This document shows positions 1-9,511 of a DNA stretch of 14,902 bases, piece by piece. Under the pieces are notes generated by a model, which searched no databases, was not told the DNA's origin, and worked only from the letters and a program-made list of their open reading frames with translations. Both the position numbers and the translations under genes were made by a program. How positions within the stretch are numbered: the first letter of the stretch is position 1; each line of letters opens with the position of its first letter. Source of the stretch: Selaginella moellendorffii (Eukaryota; Plantae; Lycopodiophyta); contig NW_003314463.1 of the NCBI RefSeq assembly GCF_000143415.4, positions 11,885 to 26,786 of the forward strand, in the 5' to 3' direction.

Positions 1-823
1 TTCCATGGGCTTGACACTTCGTTCATCAGCCATTCGTATATTAAATGGGGTGGGTTGTATTGAGCCTAGGCTTAATTCTTTAGAAATTCTCTCTTCTAGA
101 ATATTTACACTTAAGCCACTATTGATAAAAGTTCTAGATAATAAATTCTTGCCAATCTTTATATTAATTGTAGGAACTTCATCATCACAATCCCCTAGCT
201 CAATTACAATGGCTGTATATAGGATTAAAGTTTATTCCTTTTTAGGTGAAAACTCTTTGAGCAATGCAACTCTAAGATAAAGTGCTATAGTGATAAGTTA
301 GCCTAGAGTGAGTGTAATTTCAACATTTAAAATGTCTTTTATTGCCTTCTTCTCATCCTTGCCATCTAACTTTAGTATAGGATTTTCCTTTTGTGCTAAT
401 GGTAAATTTGTGTCAGCCTGTAAAGGCATGAGACTCTTTGTGTTAAAATCATTATTTTCTAAATTAACTTATGGTTGCAAGTTTTGGAGTTATTGAGTGA
501 TTTCTGCACTGAATTTTTATTTTTTTTTGGCGCTATTGAGAGTTGGGGATGATTTCTACTTTATCATCACTCCTTTCATCTTGGCTTTCAAATTGAACCC
601 TTCTTTGTTGGGCTTTGGTTATGACACAGAGGCTAGGTAACTCTTCTATATCTGACCATTCTACCTTAACATGCCTAGCTGCAGATTGTGTATCCTTAGG
701 AGGCGTATCATTCTTTCTTGATGATTCAGCTTGATTGTATAGCCTAGGATAGCAAGTAGGAGTTTTAACTTGATCATACTTTTTTGGCATTTTATAATCT
801 CCATAGAGCGTTCCCAACAACAT
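1..823 (-). mobile_element. Degenerate Ty3/gypsy gag-protease fragment (family different from the elements at 5560-14902); continues off the left edge
   Basis: Minus-strand translation: ...LPSLCVITKAQQRRVQF... (533-823 ORF), a frameshift near the T-run at ~515-528, then ...KDILNVEITLTLG*LITIALYLR...DDEVPTINIKIGKNLLSRTFINSGLSVNILEERISKELSLGSIQPTPFNIRMADERSVKPME. This matches the retropepsin pattern (LIDSGSSVNI...PTPFxLRMADxRxVKPxG) with the catalytic D changed to N at 121-123, plus in-frame stops. The upstream boundary is uncertain. Confidence 0.8.
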
Positions 824-975
824 GATATGGTGCTAGTAAACTGATATGAACACATCATGTAGCTGGGATAACTCATCTGGAAGATCCAACTTATAGGATA
901 CATCACCAACTCGCTTCAATACCTGATAGGGCCTGACATGGTTTGGTTCATGATGAGAGTGGAGAACACAAGAAT

Positions 976-1312
976 GGCTACCACAGTTACTTGAGATCCT
1001 GTACTCAAGCCGAGAGGATCATCAGAGACACCCTGAGCAAGCAGACTAATTGGGACAAGACGATACCAGCAGGAGCTCTTCGCTTGCACTTCCACGACTG
1101 TTTCGTCGACAGGAATAGCTTTGCAAGATTTAAATTCTGATCTGGTAACTTTGCTGTTCTTCAGGGCTGTGATGGATTGGTTCTTCTCGACTCAACTCCC
1201 ACCAATGGAAGTAAAGTGTAAAAATTGTCACTTCATGTCTGCCAAGAGCTTCATTTTTTTTTATCCCTGTGCTGACACTCTCACTATAGCTGCCAGAGAT
1301 TCAACCGTCATG
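976..1312 (+). pseudogene. Class III secretory peroxidase fragment (exons 1-2 only, damaged)
   Basis: SCTQAERIIRDTLSKQTNWDKTIPAGALRLHFHDCFV (distal-His motif), an intron at the canonical position with a defective donor and a CAG acceptor at 1162-1164, then GCDGLVLLDSTPTNGS, an unrelated insert with a stop, and CADTLTIAARDSTVM followed by a GTAAGT donor at 1313. Later exons are not recognisable. Confidence 0.9.
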
Positions 1313-1818
1313 GTAAGTTTAGCATCTTTTTAGAAACGCTGGATCAAGTTCTAAGATGGAGAGGAAAGAACGTCAGTTCTCATTAAACAAACCCTGGATA
1401 TTTCGATCTGCTCCAAAACTGTAAAACAGCTGTAAATCTCAAAATCTTAAGATTGTACTCCACATAGACCACTGCAAGAATACAACACTCATATATTCTC
1501 TGCCTTTCAATTCTTTAACGATAGAAAACTGCAACAGAATGACATGGCATCATCATCATCAAATCAAACTCCCTTATTTAAACGTGCTATTGGCATATGG
1601 CATCCGGCGTCTTTTATTCCATTTTTAGAATATTATTTCTGAATATGCTTATAATCTAATGGCTGAAATTCAAAAACTTCAAATAGATGGCATGGATGAA
1701 GTGCTAAAGGGGTGGCAACGCTTCAATTAATGACGCTCCAAATCAAGTGAAATTTTTTAGGGCAATCGGGCAAATTCATACAGGACAAGCTGCCTTTGGT
1801 GGGCGTGTGCATACCCTT

Positions 1819-1941
1819 TGCGAAAGCCAGGATCGTGGATTGTCATCGCTATTCGCGACACACGCACCTTGCCTGGGACAGGTCAAAGGTGGACAGTCTG
1901 AAGAACACAAGCTCCAGCTCCATGACGACTTCCCCACTGTT
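1819..1941 (-). pseudogene. F-box motif remnant
   Basis: Minus frame not shown in the ORF track: SGEVVMELELVFFRLSTFDLSQARCVCRE*R*QSTILAFA, which resembles the F-box consensus (IxxRLxxxDLxRARxVCRxWR). The Trp position is TAG at 1849-1851, with TGA at 1843-1845. Confidence 0.6.
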
Positions 1942-2029
1942 CGCCACATTTTCTGTGCCATACAGTCTTGTTGAAGGAAGGATATTTATACTCACTCAGT
2001 GGTCATGTCATTGTTTGAAATGACTTTGG

Positions 2030-2307
2030 AAGATCAAGAGACTGCGATGGTCTTTCATAGATTATTGCAAACCAAAGGTGCAATAAAACCTTTGTCGTTG
2101 TTTTGTCTCTAAACATTTTTGCTGTGTGCAGGCCGGATCCTCGCCCCTGTATTTCCCATCCGGCCAGATTCCAAAGTCTCTGCAATCCACAAACGTTCTC
2201 CAGGAGCTGGCTGTGAGGTGGAAGAAGCGACGCATCCACAAACTCCATGGTTTCATGTGACTCCATGAACACGTCAAGGATGTGTCCAAGCTTGCTAAGT
2301 GCAACAT
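2030..2307 (+). pseudogene. Unidentified spliced gene fragment
   Basis: AAG|GTGCAA donor near 2078 and a pyrimidine tract ending TGCAG at ~2131 define a ~54-nt intron. The joined frame reads KRLRWSFIDYCKPK/AGSSPLYFPSGQIPKSLQSTNVLQELAVRWKKRRIHKLHGFM*LHEHVKD. Family not recognised. Confidence 0.3.
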
Positions 2308-3130
2308 GCTGCATGCGCTATTGGTGAACAACCGATCAAGGTAGATTTAAAATTCTTTACTTTTTTCTGAAGACAATTTGCAGGGACTGCTGAATCCTGC
2401 AGCTATGGCTAGGCTGGCGCTTGGAGAAGCTTTGACGAACCTTGTTTGGGCTAAGGTACTCTCATCTTAATTGTGTTTACACACCTTATGATCTGTTTAA
2501 CTTTGCAGGTTGAACTTGATTCCGAAATATATGTACAATCCTGCTGTTGCTCTTCGTGACACTGTGATCGAGCTTGAGGTTGCAATAGAAGGTGGAAAGG
2601 ACAGCTTGTCAATGGCTGTTCAAGCAGGTGGTGAAACTGTCAAGGCACTTGCGAATCTCGTCATTAGTCGTATGTGACTTGTCCAGACATTACACTCATC
2701 GTCACCCCTGATTTGAAGGTACTGAAATTCATATCCTTTCATTCAAATCTGATTACTTGCTTCTTCCAGATTGGAGAGGAAGTTGTTCTTTTGTTGGGAC
2801 TGGCAAAGGTCGTCTAGGAGGTTTTGCACTGGCCCAATCTTTTGATCAGGTCAGACAAACTGTGGTTTTCTTTCCTTGCTAGCTTCCACTATGCGGATTA
2901 GTGATACTTGCCTGGACGTTGAAATATTTAAAACGTGCCTTCAATGCGACACAGGTGATCATGTCATTCATCGGTTTTCTTTTTTAAACAATCTGGATTT
3001 TTCTGCGGACAGGACCTTATTGGCAAGAAACTTATTTCTGCAGGACATGATATCAGAGTTATAGTTTCATTGCTATAGTTTCATAGTTTCATTGTCTTTG
3101 CGAGAAATTATGGCATTGAAGTAGACATTC
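2308..3130 (+). pseudogene. purL: Phosphoribosylformylglycinamidine (FGAM) synthase internal fragment, multi-exon, frameshifted and deleted
   Basis: ACAIGEQPIK / GLLNPAAMARLALGEALTNLVWAK / MYNPAVALRDTVIELEVAIEGGKDSLSMAVQAGGETVKALANLVIS-YVTCPDITLIVTPDLK / RLGGFALAQSFDQ / LKRAFNATQ / DLIGKKLISAGHDIS / FARNYGIEVDI. GT-AG introns at 2341-2383, 2456-2508 and 2719-2769. The SGNWMYAAK block is missing. May extend weakly to ~3375 (RDA*...AFQ). Confidence 0.92.
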
Positions 3131-3386
3131 GGACACTCTAAGCATATCCATGGGAGGAGCTATTGCTACAGAAGTCGGGGATGAGACCACTGAACCATTA
3201 GACTCAGAAACAGATCAAGCATCAACTTAAATGCAGTTAAAGACGTGTTCACAACCTTGAGCTTCAGGTAACCTCTATCCCTGCTTCATTGTAAGAGAGC
3301 GCCAGTGCTGAGAATTTCTTCTGTAACTTTTCCACCCTATACACCAGGGATGCATGAAGAACTGGGCATTCCAAGCTTTTTACACT

Positions 3387-3526
3387 ATACAGAAAGGAAT
3401 CATACTATTCAACCAGAAGCCTTGCATGAGTATTGATTTCCTTGTAAAAGCCAAGAAGTGGAGAAAATTCCTGAAGAGGTTGCCAGGTTCCTCCTGAGTG
3501 CCACAGGTCTCAACAGAGGCAGGATC
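3387..3526 (+). pseudogene. BIG-type ARF guanine-nucleotide exchange factor fragment: start of the Sec7 domain
   Basis: IQKGIILFNQKPCMSIDFLVKAKK-(frameshift)-VEKIPEEVARFLLSATGLNRGRI matches the Sec7 N-terminus of plant BIG proteins (LQxGIxLFNxKPxKGIxFL...PEEIAxFLxxxxGLNKxxIG). Confidence 0.85.
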
Positions 3527-3852
3527 CGAGTTGGCAACGTAATCTGGCTGGAAAATTATGGTTATGGTAACAAAGTTTTGAGTAATTTTGGACAAGGTAT
3601 CAATGCTTTATCAATTACAGATTTTTATTACTGCTGCAACAGATAGAGATAGCGGCATTATGCATCTTGCATTTGAACTGGTGGAGAAAGTTGCCAGAAA
3701 TAACTTTCAACACATTACTGAAACCGAGAACACAATATTCACAGACTGTGAATGGCATTCTTGCGTTCATAAGAAAACAAGTTTAGTGACGATATCAGCC
3801 TCAACACTCTCGCTTTTCTGCGTTTTTGCGCCTTGGTGAAGGAGAGCTCAGT
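3527..3852 (+). pseudogene. BIG-type ARF-GEF fragment: HDS region downstream of Sec7
   Basis: RVGNV-SGWKIMVM, intron, then IFITAATDRDSGIMHLAFELVEKVARNNFQHITETENTIFTDC-GILAF-NKFSDDISLNTLAFLRFCA-GEGEL. Matches BIG NVKSGWK...FTTAA...AFExxEKI...ITETETTTFTDC...DISLNAIAFLRFCA. Several frameshifts. Confidence 0.9.
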
Positions 3853-4340
3853 ACTTTCAGATAGTAACAAACATCAAGTTGTTCTGTGCGACTTCATTGG
3901 AATCATCAAAAGACAGCAATCAGTGATTTTGAGAAGTAAGTTTGTTATTACTCTCGTTACCACAGGCTGACGATTCATTCAGATGAGATTGTCAGTAAAT
4001 TGTCATAACAACCAACGAGTTTATATGCCCAAGCAGACGTGTTTGCTTATGGCAAGGTCATTAAGGAATCTCTCACAGTCTAAATGTTTCTTTCTTCATA
4101 TCCCCGAGGAACCTGAGCAGAAGGTGTTCTGGATTATTAGATTCTTCATAGAGTAAGTTCCTGAAGGTTCATTCCTTGCAGCTCTACAGTTACCTTGTTC
4201 TTGCAGACTTTCACAGGCAACCGTCCATCCCTAAGTGTGCTGTATTATAGATCCAGATTACAAAAGATCAAATCCAGATTTTGATTTGATACCAAGTGAT
4301 GTTATCAAATTATCATCTATGTGCTGTTATCTTCAAAGAT
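3853..4340 (+). pseudogene. Unidentified multi-exon gene remnant
   Basis: Repeated + strand splice signals (GTAAGT at 3936 and 4153; CACAG at 3961-3965; TTGCAG at 4201-4206 closing a 54-nt intron) flanking short exon-like blocks with stops. Product not recognised. Confidence 0.35.
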
Positions 4341-5726
4341 GTAGGCAATAACAGCATCAATGCAGGGAAGAATGCTGTATCTGCCATGTGTATAAGTTTT
4401 GGAAAGCATTGCCATAGTTGCTCAAGAAAGAGAAAGAGATTGAAAAACACTAGAGGAAAAACTCATGCATATGTACCATCATTCCCGCCCAGCAAGTGTC
4501 TGGTAAATCTGAGAGAAAAGCTTTCACACTCCCACTGGGACCAAGTATGGAAGTAAAAAAACCAATTTTTTTTTATGATCTAGAGCTACATGCTAACGAT
4601 GAAATTCACGCCTTGCTGTGTCAGACAAATGACCCAACCTGCATAGTATCAAACTTGTAAGAAATGAGTACTACTTACATGAACAACCCCTGAAAATCAG
4701 TGTTGGCAAGGATGCATTCATGTCCTAGGCAATCTATGAGAAGATCCTCTGGGGTTTCAATCCCACAAACAGCAACAACAACCAAACAACCAACTTGAGT
4801 TCCTTCAACTCAATCACGAAGTAGACTGTCTCTCAGTTTCTCCGAGTGACCAAGTCAGCTTGCAGGGAGACTTATGATGCTACAAATATTAAACCTGGTG
4901 AATCAATCCTTTTAAGAGTGCCTTGGCTGGGAATTGAGTAAGCATGTGCATGGCCTTGCCACCAGTTTTCACCATCTATGCTCAGGTTACTACAAGCAAA
5001 AGCTTTGTTAGCTTCTTCTCAGAGATGAAAGAAAAACTCGAGCTACCTTCTGCAGTTCCATAAGCTAAGGAGTCCTTTCTGGTACATCCAAGCACATGAA
5101 GTTCCTTGGGTAAAAAATTGATAGCATAGACTGATTTTGTTTTTGAGTTGTATTTGTTATTATCACAGATTCAACAGCTGAAAGGGTGTTAAATCTTATC
5201 AAGTGGTGGGCTGTTCAATGAGCATGATAAAAATTAAAAATAGTAGAGAAGAAGGAGAAACCAAATGTCATACAAATAGCAGATAGCTTAAAAAAATAAA
5301 AGTTAGAATTTATGCTAGGGTCCTCCCATGATAAATTTAAATGATGATGTAAAACAAAATTAAAAATTTCACAATAATCTTAATAAATTTAAATAATACA
5401 GCTTTTTAATTATTAATAACGTAGCTACTGAATAGTTATATTACTATTGCAGTAAAATTAATGGCATGCATTGGAAATTGGGATTAGAGAAGTAACAAAA
5501 AATATGGAATTTTGTCACACATGATGACATTTTGACCCTTCTATGACAATACAAGTTTATGTGAGACACAAAATCCCTAGGCCCCAAAGTGGAGCCGGAA
5601 AGGGTGCCACGTGGTAGTGGCCGAAGCGAAAGCCAAACAAGCATAAAACGTTTGGACTAAAAGCTCCGACTTGGAAGGTCGAGAGCGGGAGTGGAACTCC
5701 CAACAAAGAGCTCGAGGAGCAAGCAC

Positions 5727-6226
5727 GAGGCGGACCCGAGATGGAGTCCGAGGCGGACCCGAGTTGGAGTCCGAGATGGACCCGAAGTAGAGTCCGAGAT
5801 GGACCCGAAGTGGAGTCCGATATGGAGTCCGAAGTGGAGTCCGAGATGGAGTCCGATATGAAGTCCAAAGTGGAGTCCGAGATGGAGTCCGAAGTGGAGT
5901 CCGAAGTGGAGTCCGAGATGGAGTCCGATATGGAGTCCGAGATGGACCCGAAGTGGAGTCCGATATGGAGTCCGAGATGGACCCGAAGTGGAGTTCGATA
6001 TGGAGTCCGAGATGGAGTCTGAGATGGACCCGAAGTGGAGTCCGATATGGAGTCCGAGATGGAGTCTGAGATGGAGTCCGAGATGGACCCGAAGTGGAGT
6101 CCGATATGGAGTCCGAGATGGAGTCCGAGACGGACCCGAGATGGAGTCCGAGATGGACCCGAGATGGAGTCCGAGATGGACCCGAGATGGAGTCCGAGAT
6201 GGAGTCCGAGATGGAACCGAGACCGG

Positions 6227-6263
<37 letters not shown>

Positions 6264-6290
6264 TCCGAGTCCGAGTCCGAGTCCGAGTCC
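5727..6290 (+). repeat. LTR minisatellite, copy A: ~42 units of 12/11 bp followed by (GAGACC)n(GAGTCC)n
   Basis: Units GAGATGGAGTCC, GAAGTGGAGTCC, GATATGGAGTCC and GAGATGGACCC, then 12 hexamers at 6219-6290. Confidence 0.97.
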
Positions 6291-6339
6291 GAATACTAAT
6301 ACAGGCAGTTGGGTGAAAGCCCAAAGCAATCGTCCCCCA

Positions 6340-6359
6340 GGGGGGGGGGGGGGGGGGGG
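6340..6359 (+). repeat. G20 homopolymer, specific to LTR A
   Basis: 20 consecutive G; the other LTRs have (T/A)GGGGGTTT(T)GGTGAG here. Confidence 0.9.
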
Positions 6360-6368
6360 TTCCAAAAG

Positions 6369-6376
6369 TATAGTAG
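6369..6376 (+). promoter_or_regulatory. Candidate LTR TATA-like box
   Basis: CCAAAAGTATAGTA is conserved in all three LTRs just downstream of the minisatellite and is a short AT-rich island in a GC-rich context. Function is inferred only. Confidence 0.35.
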
Positions 6377-8178
6377 GGAGAGTGTGGGGGTTGGAGCCCA
6401 GTGGAGCCAGTTTGGCCAGGAAAGGCCAGTTTGGCCCAGGAAGGCCAGACCCAGTGTTGGGTGATGAGCTGACCACTGGGAAGTCCAAGACTAGAGTGAA
6501 CACGGACCGACAAGCGGGGTAGCTTGGTGAAGTGTTCAAGAGCCGGCTCTAGTTCCCCCGGGAGATCGACTGGCTGATGCTCCCAGTCCAAGTGTGGGTG
6601 GCACTACCTACTTGGATACCAGGCGTGGCTCAACGGAACCTCGCTCTAAGCTCATGACTAGAGCACCCAAGGGCAGAAGGCGGGGAGAGTACCCAGGTGG
6701 CTCGCGTAAGGCCACGGTGTTCCGAAATGTTGTCCCAAAGGCCCAGACTGTGGAAAGGAAGAGGAGCAGTCCTCTGGGGTAGTGACCAAGGACACAGTCG
6801 TGTGGTGAGGAAGTCCCAGAGGACCGTGGGACTTAGTGGTCGGGCCTGTGGGCCTCGATCCAGTGGCAGTGTTGGCAAACACGGCCAGGGGTAGAAAGGG
6901 ACTTAGGGGAGACTGACAGAGGGATACTGGGGAAGGCTATTCCCCTTGTCGGTGGGCATCCTAAGGATGCTAAAGAGTGGATCTGAGATGACCACTCATG
7001 GATGGTTTGCCTAGTCTTGGAGAGCCAAGACTGTGATACAAGTGGTATTGGTCTACCAGTGTGGCAAAGGTGATTGGGCATTGCCTTAGTGTAACAGGTT
7101 GCCGTGTCGGTGGTACTTTTGAGTGTCGGACATGGGATCGGACACGTGGAGCACTTGGACCAAGTGCAAATGTTGAGTGGCATGGTGTAAGCGACTAAAT
7201 TTTCCATTCTACTTTAGTCACTTAACCACACCTCTGACCACTTGGAGGAGTCTCATTCACCACCTCCATAAGTCCAATCCAGGACTTGGGACTTGCTAGC
7301 CCCGAGAATGGCATCCATGCCACTTAACTTTTGCACTTGGTCCATGTGCTCCACGTGTCCGATCCCATGACCGACACTCAAAGGTACCACCGACATAGCA
7401 GCCCATCACGCTAAGGCCATGCCCAATCACCTTTGCCACACTGGTAGTCCAATACCACTTGCATCACCGTCTTGGCTCTCCAAGACTAGGCAAACCATCC
7501 GTGAGAGGTCATCTCAGATCCACTCCTTAGCATCCTTAGGATGCCCACCAACAAGGGGAATAACCTTCCCCAATATCCCTCTGTCAGTTCCCACTAAGTC
7601 CCTTTTTGCCCCTGGCCGTGTTTGCCAACACTGCCACTGGATCGAGACCCACAGGCCCGACCACTAAGTCCCACGGTCCTCTGGGACTTCCTCACCACAC
7701 GACTGTGTCCTTGGTCACTGCCCCAGAGGACTGTTCCTCTTCCTTTCCACAGTCTGGGCCTTCGGGACAACATTTCGGAACACCGTGGCCTTACGCGAGC
7801 CACCTGGGTACTCTCCTCGCCTTTCGCCTTTAGGTGCTCTAGCCATGGGCTTAGAGCGGGTTCCGTTGAGCCACACCAGGTATCCAAGTAGGTAGTGCCA
7901 CCCACACTTGGACTGGGAGCATCGGCCAGTCGATCTCCCGGGGGAACTAGAGCCGGCTCTTGAACACTTCACCAAGCTACCCCGCTTGTCGGTCTGTGTT
8001 CACTCTAGTCTTGGACTTCCCAGTGGGCAGCTCATCACCCAACACTGGGTCCGGCCTTCCTGGGCCAAACTGGCCTTTCCTGGCCAAACTGGCTCCACTG
8101 CAGTCCTCCCCCTACTATACTTTTGGAGCTCACCAAAACCCCCAGGGTCTGCGAGACGAACGCTTTGGGCTTTCACCC

Positions 8179-8626
8179 NNNNNNNNNNNNNNNNNNNNNN
8201 NNNNNNNNNNNNNNNNNNNNNNNNNNNNNNNNNNNNNNNNNNNNNNNNNNNNNNNNNNNNNNNNNNNNNNNNNNNNNNNNNNNNNNNNNNNNNNNNNNNN
8301 NNNNNNNNNNNNNNNNNNNNNNNNNNNNNNNNNNNNNNNNNNNNNNNNNNNNNNNNNNNNNNNNNNNNNNNNNNNNNNNNNNNNNNNNNNNNNNNNNNNN
8401 NNNNNNNNNNNNNNNNNNNNNNNNNNNNNNNNNNNNNNNNNNNNNNNNNNNNNNNNNNNNNNNNNNNNNNNNNNNNNNNNNNNNNNNNNNNNNNNNNNNN
8501 NNNNNNNNNNNNNNNNNNNNNNNNNNNNNNNNNNNNNNNNNNNNNNNNNNNNNNNNNNNNNNNNNNNNNNNNNNNNNNNNNNNNNNNNNNNNNNNNNNNN
8601 NNNNNNNNNNNNNNNNNNNNNNNNNN
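8179..8626. other. Assembly gap (448 N) inside the LTR minisatellite
   Basis: The N run begins where the hexamer array starts in the other copies. Confidence 1.
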
Positions 8627-9044
8627 TCCATCTCGGACTCCATCTCGGACTCCATCTCGGGTCCATCTCGGACTCCATCTCGGACTCCATTTCGGGTCCA
8701 TCTTGGGTCCACCTCGGACTCCATCTCGGACTCCATCTCGGACTCCATCTCGGGTCCATCTCGGACTCCACTTCGGACTCCAACTCGGGTCCATCTCGGG
8801 TCCACCTCGGACTCCACTTCGGACTCCATCTCGGACTCCATCTCGGGTCCATCTCGGACTCCACTTCGGACTCCAACTCGGGTCCATCTCGGGTCCACCT
8901 CGGACTCCATCTCGGACTCCATCTCGGGTCCATCTCGGACTCCACTTCGGACTCCAACTCGGGTCCATCTCGGACTCCACTTCGGACTCCAACTCGGGTC
9001 CATCTCGGACTCCACTTCGGACTCCAACTCGGGTCCATCTCGGA
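8627..9044 (-). repeat. LTR minisatellite, 3' LTR of B (continues into the gap)
   Basis: Same units in reverse complement; 35-bp higher-order repeat CATCTCGGACTCCACTTCGGACTCCAACTCGGGTC x3 at 8931-9035. Confidence 0.97.
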
Positions 9045-9276
9045 CACTCCCACGTGTCATGTGTTGGTCCTTTTGGGTCCCTTTTTGGAGCCTCGCCTTT
9101 TGCTCGCTTCGTGCTCGTTCCTCGAGCACTTCGTTGGGAGTTCCACTCCCGCTCTTGACATTTCAAGTCGGAGCTTTTGGTCCAAACGTGTTACGCTCGT
9201 TTGGCTCTCGCTTCGGCCACTACCAGGTGGCGCCCTTCCAGCTCCACTTTGGGGCCTAGGGATTTTGTGTCTCACA

Positions 9277-9290
9277 ACTCCACCACCCAT
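9277..9290 (-). promoter_or_regulatory. Polypurine tract
   Basis: Minus strand ATGGGTGGTGGAGT directly before TGTGAG of the 3' LTR. Confidence 0.75.
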
Positions 9291-9380
9291 AGACGAAGTT
9301 CGATATCCTCATCGAACGGTAAACCATTTTGTAAAGTAACACTCGCGTGTGTTACCATTTCCATCCTTGGCACCTAGCCA

Positions 9381-9511
9381 ATATTTGTCAATGGTTTGAC
9401 ATTGAAGGCTCACCATGCCTTCTCCATATTCGTCAATGGTTTAACATTGAAGGCTCACCATGCCTTTTGCATAGGCCTCCATGGTTTGACACCAAAGGCT
9501 CACCATGCCTT
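9381..9511. repeat. 45-bp tandem repeat, ~3 copies, upstream of the PPT
   Basis: ATGGTTT(G/A)ACA..(G/A)AAGGCTCACCATGCCTT starts at 9391, 9436 and 9481. Confidence 0.9.

Larger units (their letters stand above)
5560..7185 (+). mobile_element. LTR copy A (5' LTR or solo LTR), interrupted ~130 bp before its 3' end
   Basis: Begins TGTGAGACAC and is the reverse complement of 7315-9276 at roughly 95% in the unique segments compared by eye. Preceded by GTTTA rather than the family PPT. Stops at GGCATGG, where the other copies continue ATGCCATTCTC...GCTTACA. Confidence 0.92.
7186..9276 (-). repeat. 3' LTR of element B (contains the assembly gap)
   Basis: + strand TGTAAGCGAC...GTGTCTCACA. 12 differences from the 13421 copy in the first ~245 bp. 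Shares with that copy a ~65-bp block (9045-9105) and the TATA-region variant that LTR A lacks. Confidence 0.93.

Noticed and set aside
5-496. + strand ORFs of 91 and 62 aa
   Set aside because: Antisense shadows of the minus-strand gag-protease remnant.
4640-5110. Possible further coding remnant
   Set aside because: Coding-like composition, but the frames I read had stops or no recognisable motif.
4520-5559. Helitron 3' end or TIR bounding the gene-fragment mosaic
   Set aside because: The CTAG sites (~4580, ~5315) lack a convincing upstream GC-rich hairpin, and no matching terminus was found near 900-950.
5727-6290. CRISPR-like array (also the 45-bp repeat at 9381-9511)
   Set aside because: Units are contiguous variants without unique spacers, no cas genes are present, and the context is eukaryotic.
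5557-6591. Long ORFs (344/320 aa; also 416/459/388 aa at 7908-9339 and 182 aa at 14271-14819) with RS/SD/ME repeats resembling SR or low-complexity proteins
   Set aside because: They are open in many frames on both strands because the repeat units lack stops. The 11-bp units shift the frame differently in each LTR, and some ORFs run through N.
7419-8178. Short ORFs recurring in each LTR (MPNHLCHTG..., MPTLPLDR..., MDWEH...)
   Set aside because: Recurrence reflects LTR identity. Their ends differ between copies, they overlap on both strands, and no domain is recognisable.
5560-9276. Foldback/TIR DNA transposon
   Set aside because: The flanks GTTTA and ACTCC are not a TSD. TG...CA ends, the PPT, the PBS and the third LTR copy explain it as antisense nesting.
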